Shown here in pieces: positions 29,962-38,699 of a DNA stretch of 64,000 nt. The notes beneath the pieces were generated by a model, which was not told the DNA's origin, ran no database searches, and saw only the letters and a program-made list of their open reading frames with translations. This DNA comes from Chthonomonadales bacterium. Its GTDB lineage: Bacteria; Armatimonadota; Chthonomonadetes; Chthonomonadales; CAJBBX01. Location of the stretch: positions 32,001 to 96,000 of the forward strand of contig JBBIPC010000002.1 in NCBI GenBank assembly GCA_037443035.1. Reading direction: 5' to 3'. The first letter of the stretch is position 1; each line of letters begins with the position of its first letter. The position numbers were made by a program, and so were the translations under genes.

Positions 29962-31410
29962 CTAACGCTGCAGGCGCAGACCTATCGTCGGAGTCGTTCG
30001 GCGCAGGATCCCCTCGGCACCGACCCACAGCGAGAAATCGTCATTCAGTTTGAAGAACGCCCGCGAATCTACCTGCAGATTGTTAGGATCGAACACATCC
30101 AGCCGCATGCCGACTCCTTGCGGCGCGTTCATGTCAAGCCCCAGGCCGAGCTTGCCTGCATACAGACCGTAACGGAACTCTCCGATACCTGCCAAAGGCG
30201 TTTCGTACTGCGCCGTTAGCTTGTTTCCTTCAGCGAAATCATAGACTCCCACATGGAAGGCATTCATCTTCCCTATAGGAAACCGTACGTCCACATTGGA
30301 GCGGAAGTGCGGACGCTGCCCTCGTCCGCCGAACTCTATTCCGAGCTGCGGCTGGCCTATGCCGAAACGAGGTGTCGCCGAAGGAAGGTTCAGCCTCTCC
30401 ACCAACTTGGAGACATCCGCTGCGACCTTCCTGCCGCTCTCCGTAGTATCCCGCACCGCCGCGAGCGTCGCCTTGAGATCCCCCTGTACCTCCACATCAC
30501 CCAGCAGCACATGCACGTCCGACGCTACCTGATTGATGCGGGCCATGGTCGCCCGCGTAAGATCCAGCGTCTCCTGCAGCGATTGCTGAAGTCGCGGGTC
30601 ATTCACCTGCTCTGCCAGCCTCGTCACTAGCCCGCGGGCGGCATCTACCGTATCTGTGAAGCGTTGGAGCAGATCGAAGAGCCCTGAGATCAGTTGATCT
30701 ACCTTCCCGCTGTTGCGCTTGGTCAGGGACTCCAGCTCGGTGCCCAGCATCGTCGTGGTGTGCCGTGCCTGAGATGCCATGACCTCGAGATCACGCAGCA
30801 CACTCCGGAGGGTCCGCTCCAACTGAGGATCAGCCGCCATCCGTCGCCCACGCGCTGTGATCGCGGCTAGGTCCGCGGTCATCGCCTCCGTGCGTCTCAG
30901 TATACCTTCTACATGCTGCATAGAGCGATCGAGCTTGGGGGTCAAGGTCTCCAGTGCCGCGGAGAAGCGTTTCAGGATTTGGTCAGTCTCAGGGGAAAGC
31001 TGAGCAAGAGGGCTGATAGGCGCCGCGCCCGCATACACCCTTCCGGGCTGCATGGTGGAGGCGGACTTGCCCGGGAGAATCTCCACCTGCGGGTTGACAA
31101 CCAGGAGACCGGTCGTTATGACAATCGAGGAGTCCTCGGGTATGGCGTTCCGGTACTGATTGCCGATACGTAGCGTTACGACGGGTTTGCGGGTCGTCAG
31201 GTCCAGCTCTATGCCCTTGACCTCACCGATCTTCACCCCGCTCATCCGCACAGGCGCCTGGAGTTGCAGCCCCCGTGTGTCGTCGAACCGGACCGTCAGC
31301 GGGAAGGTGTTCCAATCCTGGTGGGCGAGATACGCCCACGCGGCCAGCAAGCCCGCCAATCCGAGGATGGCAGCGATCCCTACCTTGACCGTTGCCTTCA
31401 GGTCCATCAA
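29962..31410 (-). CDS. mlaD: Long MlaD/MCE-family protein with helical stalk and C-terminal beta-rich domain
   Basis: N-terminal TM, then MCE motif FDDTRGL..QAPVRMSGVKIGEV, a long helical region and amphipathic beta-strands at the C-terminus. Confidence 0.85.
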   Translation of the reverse strand: MMDLKATVKVGIAAILGLAGLLAAWAYLAHQDWNTFPLTVRFDDTRGLQLQAPVRMSGVKIGEVKGIELDLTTRKPVVTLRIGNQYRNAIPEDSSIVITTGLLVVNPQVEILPGKSASTMQPGRVYAGAAPISPLAQLSPETDQILKRFSAALETLTPKLDRSMQHVEGILRRTEAMTADLAAITARGRRMAADPQLERTLRSVLRDLEVMASQARHTTTMLGTELESLTKRNSGKVDQLISGLFDLLQRFTDTVDAARGLVTRLAEQVNDPRLQQSLQETLDLTRATMARINQVASDVHVLLGDVEVQGDLKATLAAVRDTTESGRKVAADVSKLVERLNLPSATPRFGIGQPQLGIEFGGRGQRPHFRSNVDVRFPIGKMNAFHVGVYDFAEGNKLTAQYETPLAGIGEFRYGLYAGKLGLGLDMNAPQGVGMRLDVFDPNNLQVDSRAFFKLNDDFSLWVGAEGILRRTTPTIGLRLQR

Positions 31411-32201
31411 AGCGCGTTCTCCATCGTCGTCAGCGGCGGACGGTTCAGATTATCGTACCCGTTATCGCCGTAGATGAACTCCCGCACCTTGGGTAGGTCG
31501 GAGTTGCGTACTTCCTCCGGTGTTCCAATGGTGAGCAACACACCGACATCCAGCATCGCGATACGGTCCGAGATGCGGAAGATGGTCTCGATGTCGTGGG
31601 ACACCACCACAGAGGTGACGCCATAGGTGTCCCGGGTCCGCACAATGAGGTCATCGATCGCTCGTCCGATAACAGGGTCGAGGCCGCTCGTCGGCTCGTC
31701 GTACAGGAGCACGGAGGGTTCCATGGCGAGAGCACGTGCCAAGCCGACGCGCTTCTGCATACCTCCGGAAAGCTCAGACGGATACAATTCCTCCGTGCCA
31801 GCCAAGTTCACATCCTCCAGGCGACGTGCTACGACTTGGCGCAATTCGGCCATCGGGATGCGCCTGTGATGCTGCACTCCGAAAGCCACGTTCTCGAACA
31901 CGGTCATGGAATCGAACAGGGCTGCATACTGAAAGACGAATCCGAACCGTAGGCGGATGCGGTCCAGCTCCGATTCGGGAAGGCGGACAATGTCTTCTCC
32001 ACCTACGAGGATCGCCCCGGACGTCGGTCTGACAAGGCCGCCAAGACACTTCAGCAATGTCGTCTTGCCGCTGCCCGACATACCCATCAGAGACAGGACT
32101 TCGCCGCGGTAGACGTCAAAAGTGATATCGGACAGGATGAGGCGATCCTCCGCCCTGTAACACACTCCGCGAACCGACATCGCGACGTCCTCACTGGTCA
32201 T
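31407..32201 (-). CDS. mlaF: MlaF/Mkl-family ABC ATPase
   Basis: GMSGSGKT, FQYAALFDSMTVFENV, LSGGMQKRVGLARAL, YDEPTSGLDP. Start at MTSEDV overlaps the mlaE stop. Confidence 0.9.
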   Translation of the reverse strand: MTSEDVAMSVRGVCYRAEDRLILSDITFDVYRGEVLSLMGMSGSGKTTLLKCLGGLVRPTSGAILVGGEDIVRLPESELDRIRLRFGFVFQYAALFDSMTVFENVAFGVQHHRRIPMAELRQVVARRLEDVNLAGTEELYPSELSGGMQKRVGLARALAMEPSVLLYDEPTSGLDPVIGRAIDDLIVRTRDTYGVTSVVVSHDIETIFRISDRIAMLDVGVLLTIGTPEEVRNSDLPKVREFIYGDNGYDNLNRPPLTTMENAL

Positions 32202-33004
32202 TTCGCCGCCACCGACGCGCCCATCAAGATCTGCGCGAGGAAGAAATCGGAGATGAAGATCAACACCACACAGAGGACAACAGAGCTGGTTGTCGCACGG
32301 CCGACTCCTGCCGCGCCTCGTTCGGTCCTCAGCCCCTGCCTGCACGCCACAGCCGCGATCGTCAGACCGAACCAGAGAGTCTTCACCAACCCTTTGATGA
32401 GGTCCGTCTCTGTGGCCATCGAGCGCACCGACTCGAAGAAGGATGAGACCGGAACACCGCTCGTCGCTGACATGATGATGGACCCGCCAATGCCGGCGAA
32501 ATCCGCAACGAGACCGCACACCGGGAGCATCAGCACGCACGCGAGCAGCCGAGGAGCAACCAGGTAGCGAACAGGCGAGACCGCCAGAGATCGCAGCGCA
32601 TCCACCTGCTCCGTCACGACCATGGTGCCTATCTCGGCCGCGATGGCAGCTCCGCCGCGTGCCGCCACCATAACGCCAGCAAGTACAGGGCCGAGTTCGA
32701 GCAGAAACGATAGAGCTAGCGTTCCGCCGACGAAGACTGTGGCCCCGAACCGGACGAAGACGCCTGCTGTGTAGAAGGCCAGAACAGCACCTGTCGAGGC
32801 GGCCGTGGCAATCGTAATGGGGAGCGAATCCACACCGAGCTGGGCCATGTGCCGCACGGTCTCCGCCAGGCTTACTTTCCCGCGGGCTATGAACCCTGCG
32901 GACTGGAAGACGAGACGCCAGGTATCGCCAACGAAGAGCAGAGTGGAAATCGCTGCACCATGTCCAAGGCGGCGCTGCTGCGTGTGCCATGCCCTTGCCG
33001 TCAT
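32198..33004 (-). CDS. mlaE: MlaE-family ABC permease
   Basis: ELGPVLAG, AAEIGTMVVTEQVDAL, LVAPR, GVGRATTSSVV. Confidence 0.92.
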   Translation of the reverse strand: MTARAWHTQQRRLGHGAAISTLLFVGDTWRLVFQSAGFIARGKVSLAETVRHMAQLGVDSLPITIATAASTGAVLAFYTAGVFVRFGATVFVGGTLALSFLLELGPVLAGVMVAARGGAAIAAEIGTMVVTEQVDALRSLAVSPVRYLVAPRLLACVLMLPVCGLVADFAGIGGSIIMSATSGVPVSSFFESVRSMATETDLIKGLVKTLWFGLTIAAVACRQGLRTERGAAGVGRATTSSVVLCVVLIFISDFFLAQILMGASVAAK

Positions 33005-33011
33005 GACCGGG

Positions 33012-33040
33012 ATTATACTGAGGCGCCGTGGAGGTGTCAA
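33012..33040 (-). promoter_or_regulatory. Consensus sigma70 promoter of mlaEFD (probably leaderless)
   Basis: TTGACA-N17-TATAAT, then 7 nt to ATG 33004. Confidence 0.8.
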
Positions 33041-33138
33041 CGCAAGATCGTCTCGGTCAGTCAGTCTTGCCTTGACGGGCGGGTTTGGGCTAACATGGCA
33101 CTCGCGGTGCTTCCGGCAGCGCAGGAAGGTGGGATGTC

Positions 33139-33357
33139 ATGCCGCGACCTCGTGTTCGCAAACAGATCGTGTGCCCGGAGTGTGGCCGGGTGCTGAAGAC
33201 CGTGGCAGTGCCAACGGCTGTGGTGGAGCAAGAGACGTTGCCCGACGAAGAAGCGGTCAACGGACTCGCTGCCACGCCGGCAAGCGACACTGGCGGAGAA
33301 CCGGTAGAGATCATCATCGAAGAAGGGCCCGTCTGCCCCCGTTGCGCTGCCTCCTGA
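33139..33357 (+). CDS. Small zinc-finger-like protein (CPEC...CPRC) with acidic linker
   Basis: Two CxxC motifs at the ends and a GGAAGG RBS-like sequence. Fills the gap upstream of the MBL gene. Confidence 0.6.
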   Translation: MPRPRVRKQIVCPECGRVLKTVAVPTAVVEQETLPDEEAVNGLAATPASDTGGEPVEIIIEEGPVCPRCAAS

Positions 33358-33381
33358 CAGGGTAGACGCAAGGGCCATCCC

Positions 33382-35205
33382 ATGGCTCAGCCCCACAAGT
33401 TCCGTGTCCTCAGAGGTCCCACGAACACCGGTCTGTTCGAGGCGGAAGACCGTTATCTTCTCATCGGCTGCGCTCCTCCAGATGACCTACGAAGCATGCG
33501 TGTGGATCCTTCCGCGGTCGAGTGGGTACTCCTGACTCATCACCACCGAACCGCCTGGGAAGGCGTCACGGCGCTCGCTGAACTGGGTGCGAAGATCGCG
33601 GTTCCCGAAGCCGAGCTTCTCTACTTTCGGGATCCTGCAAGGTTCTGGTGCAATGACAGCAGGCATTATCATGCGTACAACTTCCACCCGTCCCATCTCC
33701 TGCCTCGCACGCCCGTGGCGGTGGAACGTTGCTTCCGCGAATACGAGACAATGGAGTGGCGCGGGTTGCCCATCCTCGCTGTGAGCGCACCAGGTCCCAC
33801 GGCGGGTGGAATGGCCTACCTTGTGACCCTCCGAGGCAAGACTTTGGCTTTCATCGGCGAGCTGATGAGTGGACACGGCAAGCTGCGAGATTTCTGGTCG
33901 CTCCAGGGGCGCAGGTCCTTCGAGAGCGGGGAACTCATGGAATACCACGGGTTCGGGGAGCGGGCCGCCGACGTGGTGGGATCTCTCCAGCGCATCGCTC
34001 AGGAAGCACCCGAGGTGATGATCCCAAGCCGTGGGACCATCATCCAGCGCCCGCAGGAGGCCGTGGCCCTGCTGTCCTCTCGCCTCAGCGCTTGTCGGAT
34101 GAGTTACCACACCATCAGCTCCGGGCGCTGGTACTTTCCGACGGTCTGGCCGGATGTACCCGACATCACCGATGCCCTGCGCAAGCGTTGTCGTCCTCTG
34201 CCACCATGGGTCGTCGAACTTGGCGGCACGTCACGGGCACTGGTTGGCGAACATGGCGGAACCTTGCTCGTTGACTGTGCAGGCGACACCCCTCGCGTTG
34301 TGGCGGAGCGGTGTCGCCAAGGCAACCTAGGGCCCGTGGAGTACCTTTGGATCACCCATTACCACGACGACCACGTGGACAAAGTGCAGACCTTTCGCCG
34401 ATCGCACCCAACCAGGGTTATCGTCCACGAAAGCATGGCCGATATCCTCGAGCGTCCCGCAGCCTATTGGATGCCATGCCTTCATGAAGAAGCGATCGCC
34501 CCTGATCACGTCACAACGCATGGCGAGTCCTGGAACTGGGGCGGCTTTCGGCTGACAGCCCTCACGTTTCCCGGTCAGACGATCTTCGACGCAGCACTGC
34601 TGGTGGAGCGGGATGGCCAGCGGGTGCTGTTTGTGGGCGACTCGCTCACGCCGGGTGGTCTGGACGACTATTGCGCTCTCAACCGGAATCTGCTGGGCTC
34701 TGATATGGGTTACGACCGCAGTCTGGCTGTGCTGGAGGGACTTGGCAGCGATGTACTGCTCGTGAATCAACACGTCCCTGGCGCGTTTGTCTTCAGCAAT
34801 CAGGAGATCCGTTCCATGCGGGAGGAGCTCGCACGCCGCACCGTGCTGTTTCGCGAGCTCTTGGACTGGGACGATCCGAACTACGGCTTGGACCCGCAGT
34901 GGGTGCGGGCGGACCCTTACTGGCAACACGCCAGACGGGGTTCTACTGCGAGATGGAAAGTCTGGGTTCAGAACCACTCGCGCATTCGTCGTAGGTTCGT
35001 GGTAACGCTCCACGCGCCTTCTCATTGGCGGCCGGTTGGCGAGCGTGATGAGATCCATCTGCCTAGCCACCAGATCGGGCAGGCTTCGCTAGGCGTCGAA
35101 GTGCCTGCCAATGCCACCCTCGGTCGTGCCGTTGTTGCCATGTCCGTAGCGCGTGACGGAAAGGACTTCGGGGAGATAGCAGAAGCTCTGGTGGATGTGG
35201 AATGA
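33382..35205 (+). CDS. Tandem metallo-beta-lactamase-fold protein with C-terminal Ig/NEW3-like domain
   Basis: Domain 1 LTHHHRTA (degenerate), domain 2 ITHYHDDH, VLFVGDS, then a beta-rich C-terminal region. Confidence 0.8.
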   Translation: MAQPHKFRVLRGPTNTGLFEAEDRYLLIGCAPPDDLRSMRVDPSAVEWVLLTHHHRTAWEGVTALAELGAKIAVPEAELLYFRDPARFWCNDSRHYHAYNFHPSHLLPRTPVAVERCFREYETMEWRGLPILAVSAPGPTAGGMAYLVTLRGKTLAFIGELMSGHGKLRDFWSLQGRRSFESGELMEYHGFGERAADVVGSLQRIAQEAPEVMIPSRGTIIQRPQEAVALLSSRLSACRMSYHTISSGRWYFPTVWPDVPDITDALRKRCRPLPPWVVELGGTSRALVGEHGGTLLVDCAGDTPRVVAERCRQGNLGPVEYLWITHYHDDHVDKVQTFRRSHPTRVIVHESMADILERPAAYWMPCLHEEAIAPDHVTTHGESWNWGGFRLTALTFPGQTIFDAALLVERDGQRVLFVGDSLTPGGLDDYCALNRNLLGSDMGYDRSLAVLEGLGSDVLLVNQHVPGAFVFSNQEIRSMREELARRTVLFRELLDWDDPNYGLDPQWVRADPYWQHARRGSTARWKVWVQNHSRIRRRFVVTLHAPSHWRPVGERDEIHLPSHQIGQASLGVEVPANATLGRAVVAMSVARDGKDFGEIAEALVDVE

Positions 35206-36236
35206 GGGACCCGCGGCCTGTAAGCGAAGTGGTGGAGAGTTGCGGTGTGGCTGCAGCGATCGATCTCAAGCACGTGGCCAGTCTGCTGTTCACCTATCGC
35301 TGCACCCTGTCGTGCATGCATTGCTGCTTCTACTGCAGCCCACGGCGCCCGCCCGTGCGCGCTGATCTCCATGATGCCGTTGCATGGCTCGAGCAGCTCC
35401 ATCAGACCGACCGTGTGGTTCATATCGCGGGCGGCGAGGCCATGCTCTATTGGAACGAGCTTCTGGCGATTTGCGTCGAGGCGGGGCGACGTGGGGTCGC
35501 TCCCCATTTCATCGAGACCAACGCGACGTTTGCCGTCTCCGACACACGGACACGCGATCGGCTGCGGCGTCTCCAGGACACCGGTGTCCGCGGCATGCTC
35601 ATCAGCGCGGATCCCTATCATCAGCGCCGATGTCCGCCAGAGCGCATGGCACGGTGCCATCGCATCGCTGTGGAAGTGTTCGGCAAGCAGAACGTCATCG
35701 CCGTCGAACCGGATCCTGAGCGCCTAGCCGATTACCGCGCTATCGCTTACGACAGGACGCGACTAGCTGCGTACGCGCTGCAACATCCGCCGATGCTGTC
35801 GGGCCGCGCTGGTGATGAGCTGGCAGGTTTCTTTCCGCGTCGGCCGTTGGATGACCTTCTGGATTCCATGTGGCATGGTGGAGCTGGCGTGCGTCATTGC
35901 CGGCAGGAGTTCGATCCGGAGACCATGTGGGAGATCCATGTGGACCCCTATGGCAACTTGCAGACGTGCTGCCTGATCATTGTGGGCGATATTAGGAAGA
36001 CGCCTCTGCCGGACGCCATGCACAAGGGCTTCCTCGATTGGAGCCCTGTCGTCCAGGCGGTCTATCGCGACGGACCCTTCGGCCTCCTGCAGCTCGCCCT
36101 GCCCCGCGGGTACCGGCCCGCAGACGGATATCCGCAGAAATGCGGGCTGTGCTGGGAAGTGCGGAAGTTCCTGCGGCCGTACTACCCCGAGGCGTTGGGG
36201 CCTCCAGATGTCTACGAGCCTGACCCCTCGGACTGA
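35202..36236 (+). CDS. Radical SAM protein
   Basis: CTLSCMHC (CX3CX2C), AGGEA, IETN, and C-terminal Cys cluster (CRQE, QTCC, KCGLC). ATGA overlap with the MBL gene. Confidence 0.88.
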   Translation: MRDPRPVSEVVESCGVAAAIDLKHVASLLFTYRCTLSCMHCCFYCSPRRPPVRADLHDAVAWLEQLHQTDRVVHIAGGEAMLYWNELLAICVEAGRRGVAPHFIETNATFAVSDTRTRDRLRRLQDTGVRGMLISADPYHQRRCPPERMARCHRIAVEVFGKQNVIAVEPDPERLADYRAIAYDRTRLAAYALQHPPMLSGRAGDELAGFFPRRPLDDLLDSMWHGGAGVRHCRQEFDPETMWEIHVDPYGNLQTCCLIIVGDIRKTPLPDAMHKGFLDWSPVVQAVYRDGPFGLLQLALPRGYRPADGYPQKCGLCWEVRKFLRPYYPEALGPPDVYEPDPSD

Positions 36237-36286
36237 GGTGTAGCGGCCAGGACGCCCGAAACGTGGTGCAACGACCGGCGAACGGG

Positions 36287-36820
36287 TCAGGGAATGGAAT
36301 CGACGATGATTTGGTCGTTCGTGTAGACGCAGATTTCCGAGGCGACCCTGAGCGATTCCAGCGCTATCTCCCTAGCAGTCAGTGATGTGTGCCGCACTAG
36401 GGCTTTGGCTGCCGCCTGCGCGTATGGTCCGCCCGAACCAATGGCGAGAACGCCATCATCCGGTTCCAACACGTTGCCGTCTCCGCTCAGGAGGTAGAGC
36501 TTGTCGGTATCCGCCACTATCACGAGCGCCTCCAGACGCCGCATGAGCCTGTCGGTGCGCCACTCGCGGACGAAGTCCACGGCGGCACGCGTCAGGTTGC
36601 CCCCCGCTGCCTCCAACTTCGATTCGAAGCGGTCGGCCAGAGCAAGAGCGTCCGCCACGGACCCCGAAAACCCCGCCAGCACCTTATCGTGATACATGCG
36701 CCGGATCTTGCGGGCCGTTGCCTTGACAACGATCTGATCCATGCTCACCTGACCATCACCAGCCAGCGCGACCTGTCCATCACGCTGAACGGCCACGATG
36801 GTAGTCGAGCGTGTCTTCAT
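36287..36820 (-). CDS. hslV: ATP-dependent protease peptidase subunit
   Basis: STTIVAV, AGDGQVS, GFSGSVADA, WRTDR, IGSGG, ICVYTN. Confidence 0.96.
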   Translation of the reverse strand: MKTRSTTIVAVQRDGQVALAGDGQVSMDQIVVKATARKIRRMYHDKVLAGFSGSVADALALADRFESKLEAAGGNLTRAAVDFVREWRTDRLMRRLEALVIVADTDKLYLLSGDGNVLEPDDGVLAIGSGGPYAQAAAKALVRHTSLTAREIALESLRVASEICVYTNDQIIVDSIP

Positions 36821-36867
36821 CGTTCCTCGCTCCTCGTCGTGCAACATCCTGTTGGCAGCGCTTCCAT

Positions 36868-37800
36868 TCAGCTCTCCTTCTCGGCCCGTGGATGCGTTCG
36901 GCGGTGCTCGGAACGGAGGCGGGCGGTCGAGACATGCGTGTACACCTGGGTCGTGGCGATACTCGAGTGTCCCAGGAGTTCCTGGACCGAGCGAAGATCG
37001 GCACCTCGATCCAGGAGATGCGTGGCGAAGGAATGGCGCAATACATGGGGCGTGATCTTGAGCCGCGCACAGACGTTGTCGGCGTAGCGATCGAAGATCC
37101 GTTGGATGCCACGTACGGACAGGGGACCGCCGTTCTTGTTCAGGAAAAGGGCGCCTCTCGCCCTCGGCTTGCTGCTGCCTCGCCCCCGCATTGCCACCGC
37201 CTCGAGGGCCGGTCGCCCCTCTCGCAGGTAACGCGCCAGAGCCTCGGCCGCGGGCTCACCCATGAGCGCCACGCGGTCCTTACGACCCTTGCCACCTCGC
37301 ACGCGGATCTCCAGCTCCTCCAAATCCACATCGGCGATCGTCAGGTTCGCAGCTTCGCTCACACGGATTCCACTTGCATACAGTAGCTCCAGGACTGCCC
37401 GATCCCGTAGACCCGTCGGAGTGCTATCCGGCAGACTGAGAAGGGTCTCGATCTCGTGGTTGCTGAGGACTGTCGGAAGGCGTGTGGGTCTCTTGGGTGC
37501 TCGGAGAGAACGCGCTGGATCGTCGCTGATGTAACCGCGCCGCTTGGCCCAGCGAAAGAACGATCGGATGCTCGAGAGCTTGCGGGCGATGGTCGTCCGC
37601 GCATAGTTCGTCTGCACGAGATGCGCGAGGTACTTGCGTACGTCCGCAAGGTCCACCGATGCGACTTCCGTCACACCTTGCTCATCCAGATACTGGGCGA
37701 ATTGCGCCAGATCCGAGGCATAGGCACGGACGGTGTGCTCCGAGTCGCCCCGGCTTTCAAGTCGGTGCCGCAGAAAGGCTCCGATACAATCGTCCATCAT
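36868..37800 (-). CDS. xerC: Tyrosine recombinase XerC
   Basis: SEHTVRAYASDL, RDRAVLELLYASGIRVSE, GKGRKDR, TPHVLRHSFATHLL, LLGHSSIATTQVYTH. Usual xerC-hslV adjacency. Confidence 0.88.
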   Translation of the reverse strand: MMDDCIGAFLRHRLESRGDSEHTVRAYASDLAQFAQYLDEQGVTEVASVDLADVRKYLAHLVQTNYARTTIARKLSSIRSFFRWAKRRGYISDDPARSLRAPKRPTRLPTVLSNHEIETLLSLPDSTPTGLRDRAVLELLYASGIRVSEAANLTIADVDLEELEIRVRGGKGRKDRVALMGEPAAEALARYLREGRPALEAVAMRGRGSSKPRARGALFLNKNGGPLSVRGIQRIFDRYADNVCARLKITPHVLRHSFATHLLDRGADLRSVQELLGHSSIATTQVYTHVSTARLRSEHRRTHPRAEKES

Positions 37801-38699
37801 CGCCTAGTCTCCGAAGCGAAACGTGTCACGGCAATGCTCGCCCCAAGTATCAGGGCTCCGCCCAACAGTGTAGCCGGTGCAATAGCTTCCGAGAATAGCC
37901 AGGCGCCCACAAGTGCACTGTAGACGATCTGGGACAGGGTAATCAGCACGCCTTGAGCGGTGGTTACATACCGGTACCCATAGGTCATGAGCACCTGGGC
38001 ACCAGTGCTCGAGACCGACATGATGAGCAGGAGACGCCAGCCGGCTAAGCTGGGAACGACGATGGGTGATCCCACCATGGCGATGAGAGAAACAGGGATA
38101 CCGACGAGCGAGAAGTAGAAGAACACGGCAGCGGCAGTCTCCTGCTGCCTCAGCTTCCTCACAGCGGTCAGAGCCATTCCGGCCAGCACTCCTGACGCAA
38201 GGCCGTACGCATCGCCCACTCGGATCGCGTCTATCCTTGGACGTATGACAAACAGGATACCTAGAATCGCGATCCCGAGCGCCGCTAGAACTCGCCGTCC
38301 TGGCCGTTCACCAAGGTAGACCCACGCACACAATGGCGCGAACACGACGGACGTTAGGTTTAGTAGCACGGCATTGGTCAGCGTGGTGTGACGTATTGCC
38401 AGGAAGTAGGTATAGACGGCAAGGCCACCAGTCAGCCCCCGCCAGACCAATCCTCTCCGATCCGAACCGAGGAGCTTCGCTGGCTTGTAGAAAGCGAGCG
38501 GAAGCATGACGATCGCTCCGATACCGAACCTCGCCAACGTCACCTCGGCCGTGGGCACCGGGCGTCCCCATGCGGGATTGCCGAGCATCTTTGTGGCTGT
38601 CGTCATGACTGCGAACAGGACTGCCGAGAGAAACATCGCCGCAATGGCCAGGCCTCGGCGCGGCATTTCGATTGCCGCATGCCGCGGACCGAGTGTCAT
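37797..38699 (-). CDS. DMT/EamA-family transporter
   Basis: About 10 hydrophobic segments in two repeats, YLGER and LFSE motifs. Confidence 0.85.
   Translation of the reverse strand: MTLGPRHAAIEMPRRGLAIAAMFLSAVLFAVMTTATKMLGNPAWGRPVPTAEVTLARFGIGAIVMLPLAFYKPAKLLGSDRRGLVWRGLTGGLAVYTYFLAIRHTTLTNAVLLNLTSVVFAPLCAWVYLGERPGRRVLAALGIAILGILFVIRPRIDAIRVGDAYGLASGVLAGMALTAVRKLRQQETAAAVFFYFSLVGIPVSLIAMVGSPIVVPSLAGWRLLLIMSVSSTGAQVLMTYGYRYVTTAQGVLITLSQIVYSALVGAWLFSEAIAPATLLGGALILGASIAVTRFASETRR

Noticed and set aside
32202..32990. 527-aa version of the MlaF ORF
   Set aside because: The extension overlaps mlaE in another frame. The ATPase begins at 32201.
36868..37800. Phage or island integrase
   Set aside because: Embedded in a housekeeping operon next to hslV, with no att/tRNA or mobile cargo; fits XerC.
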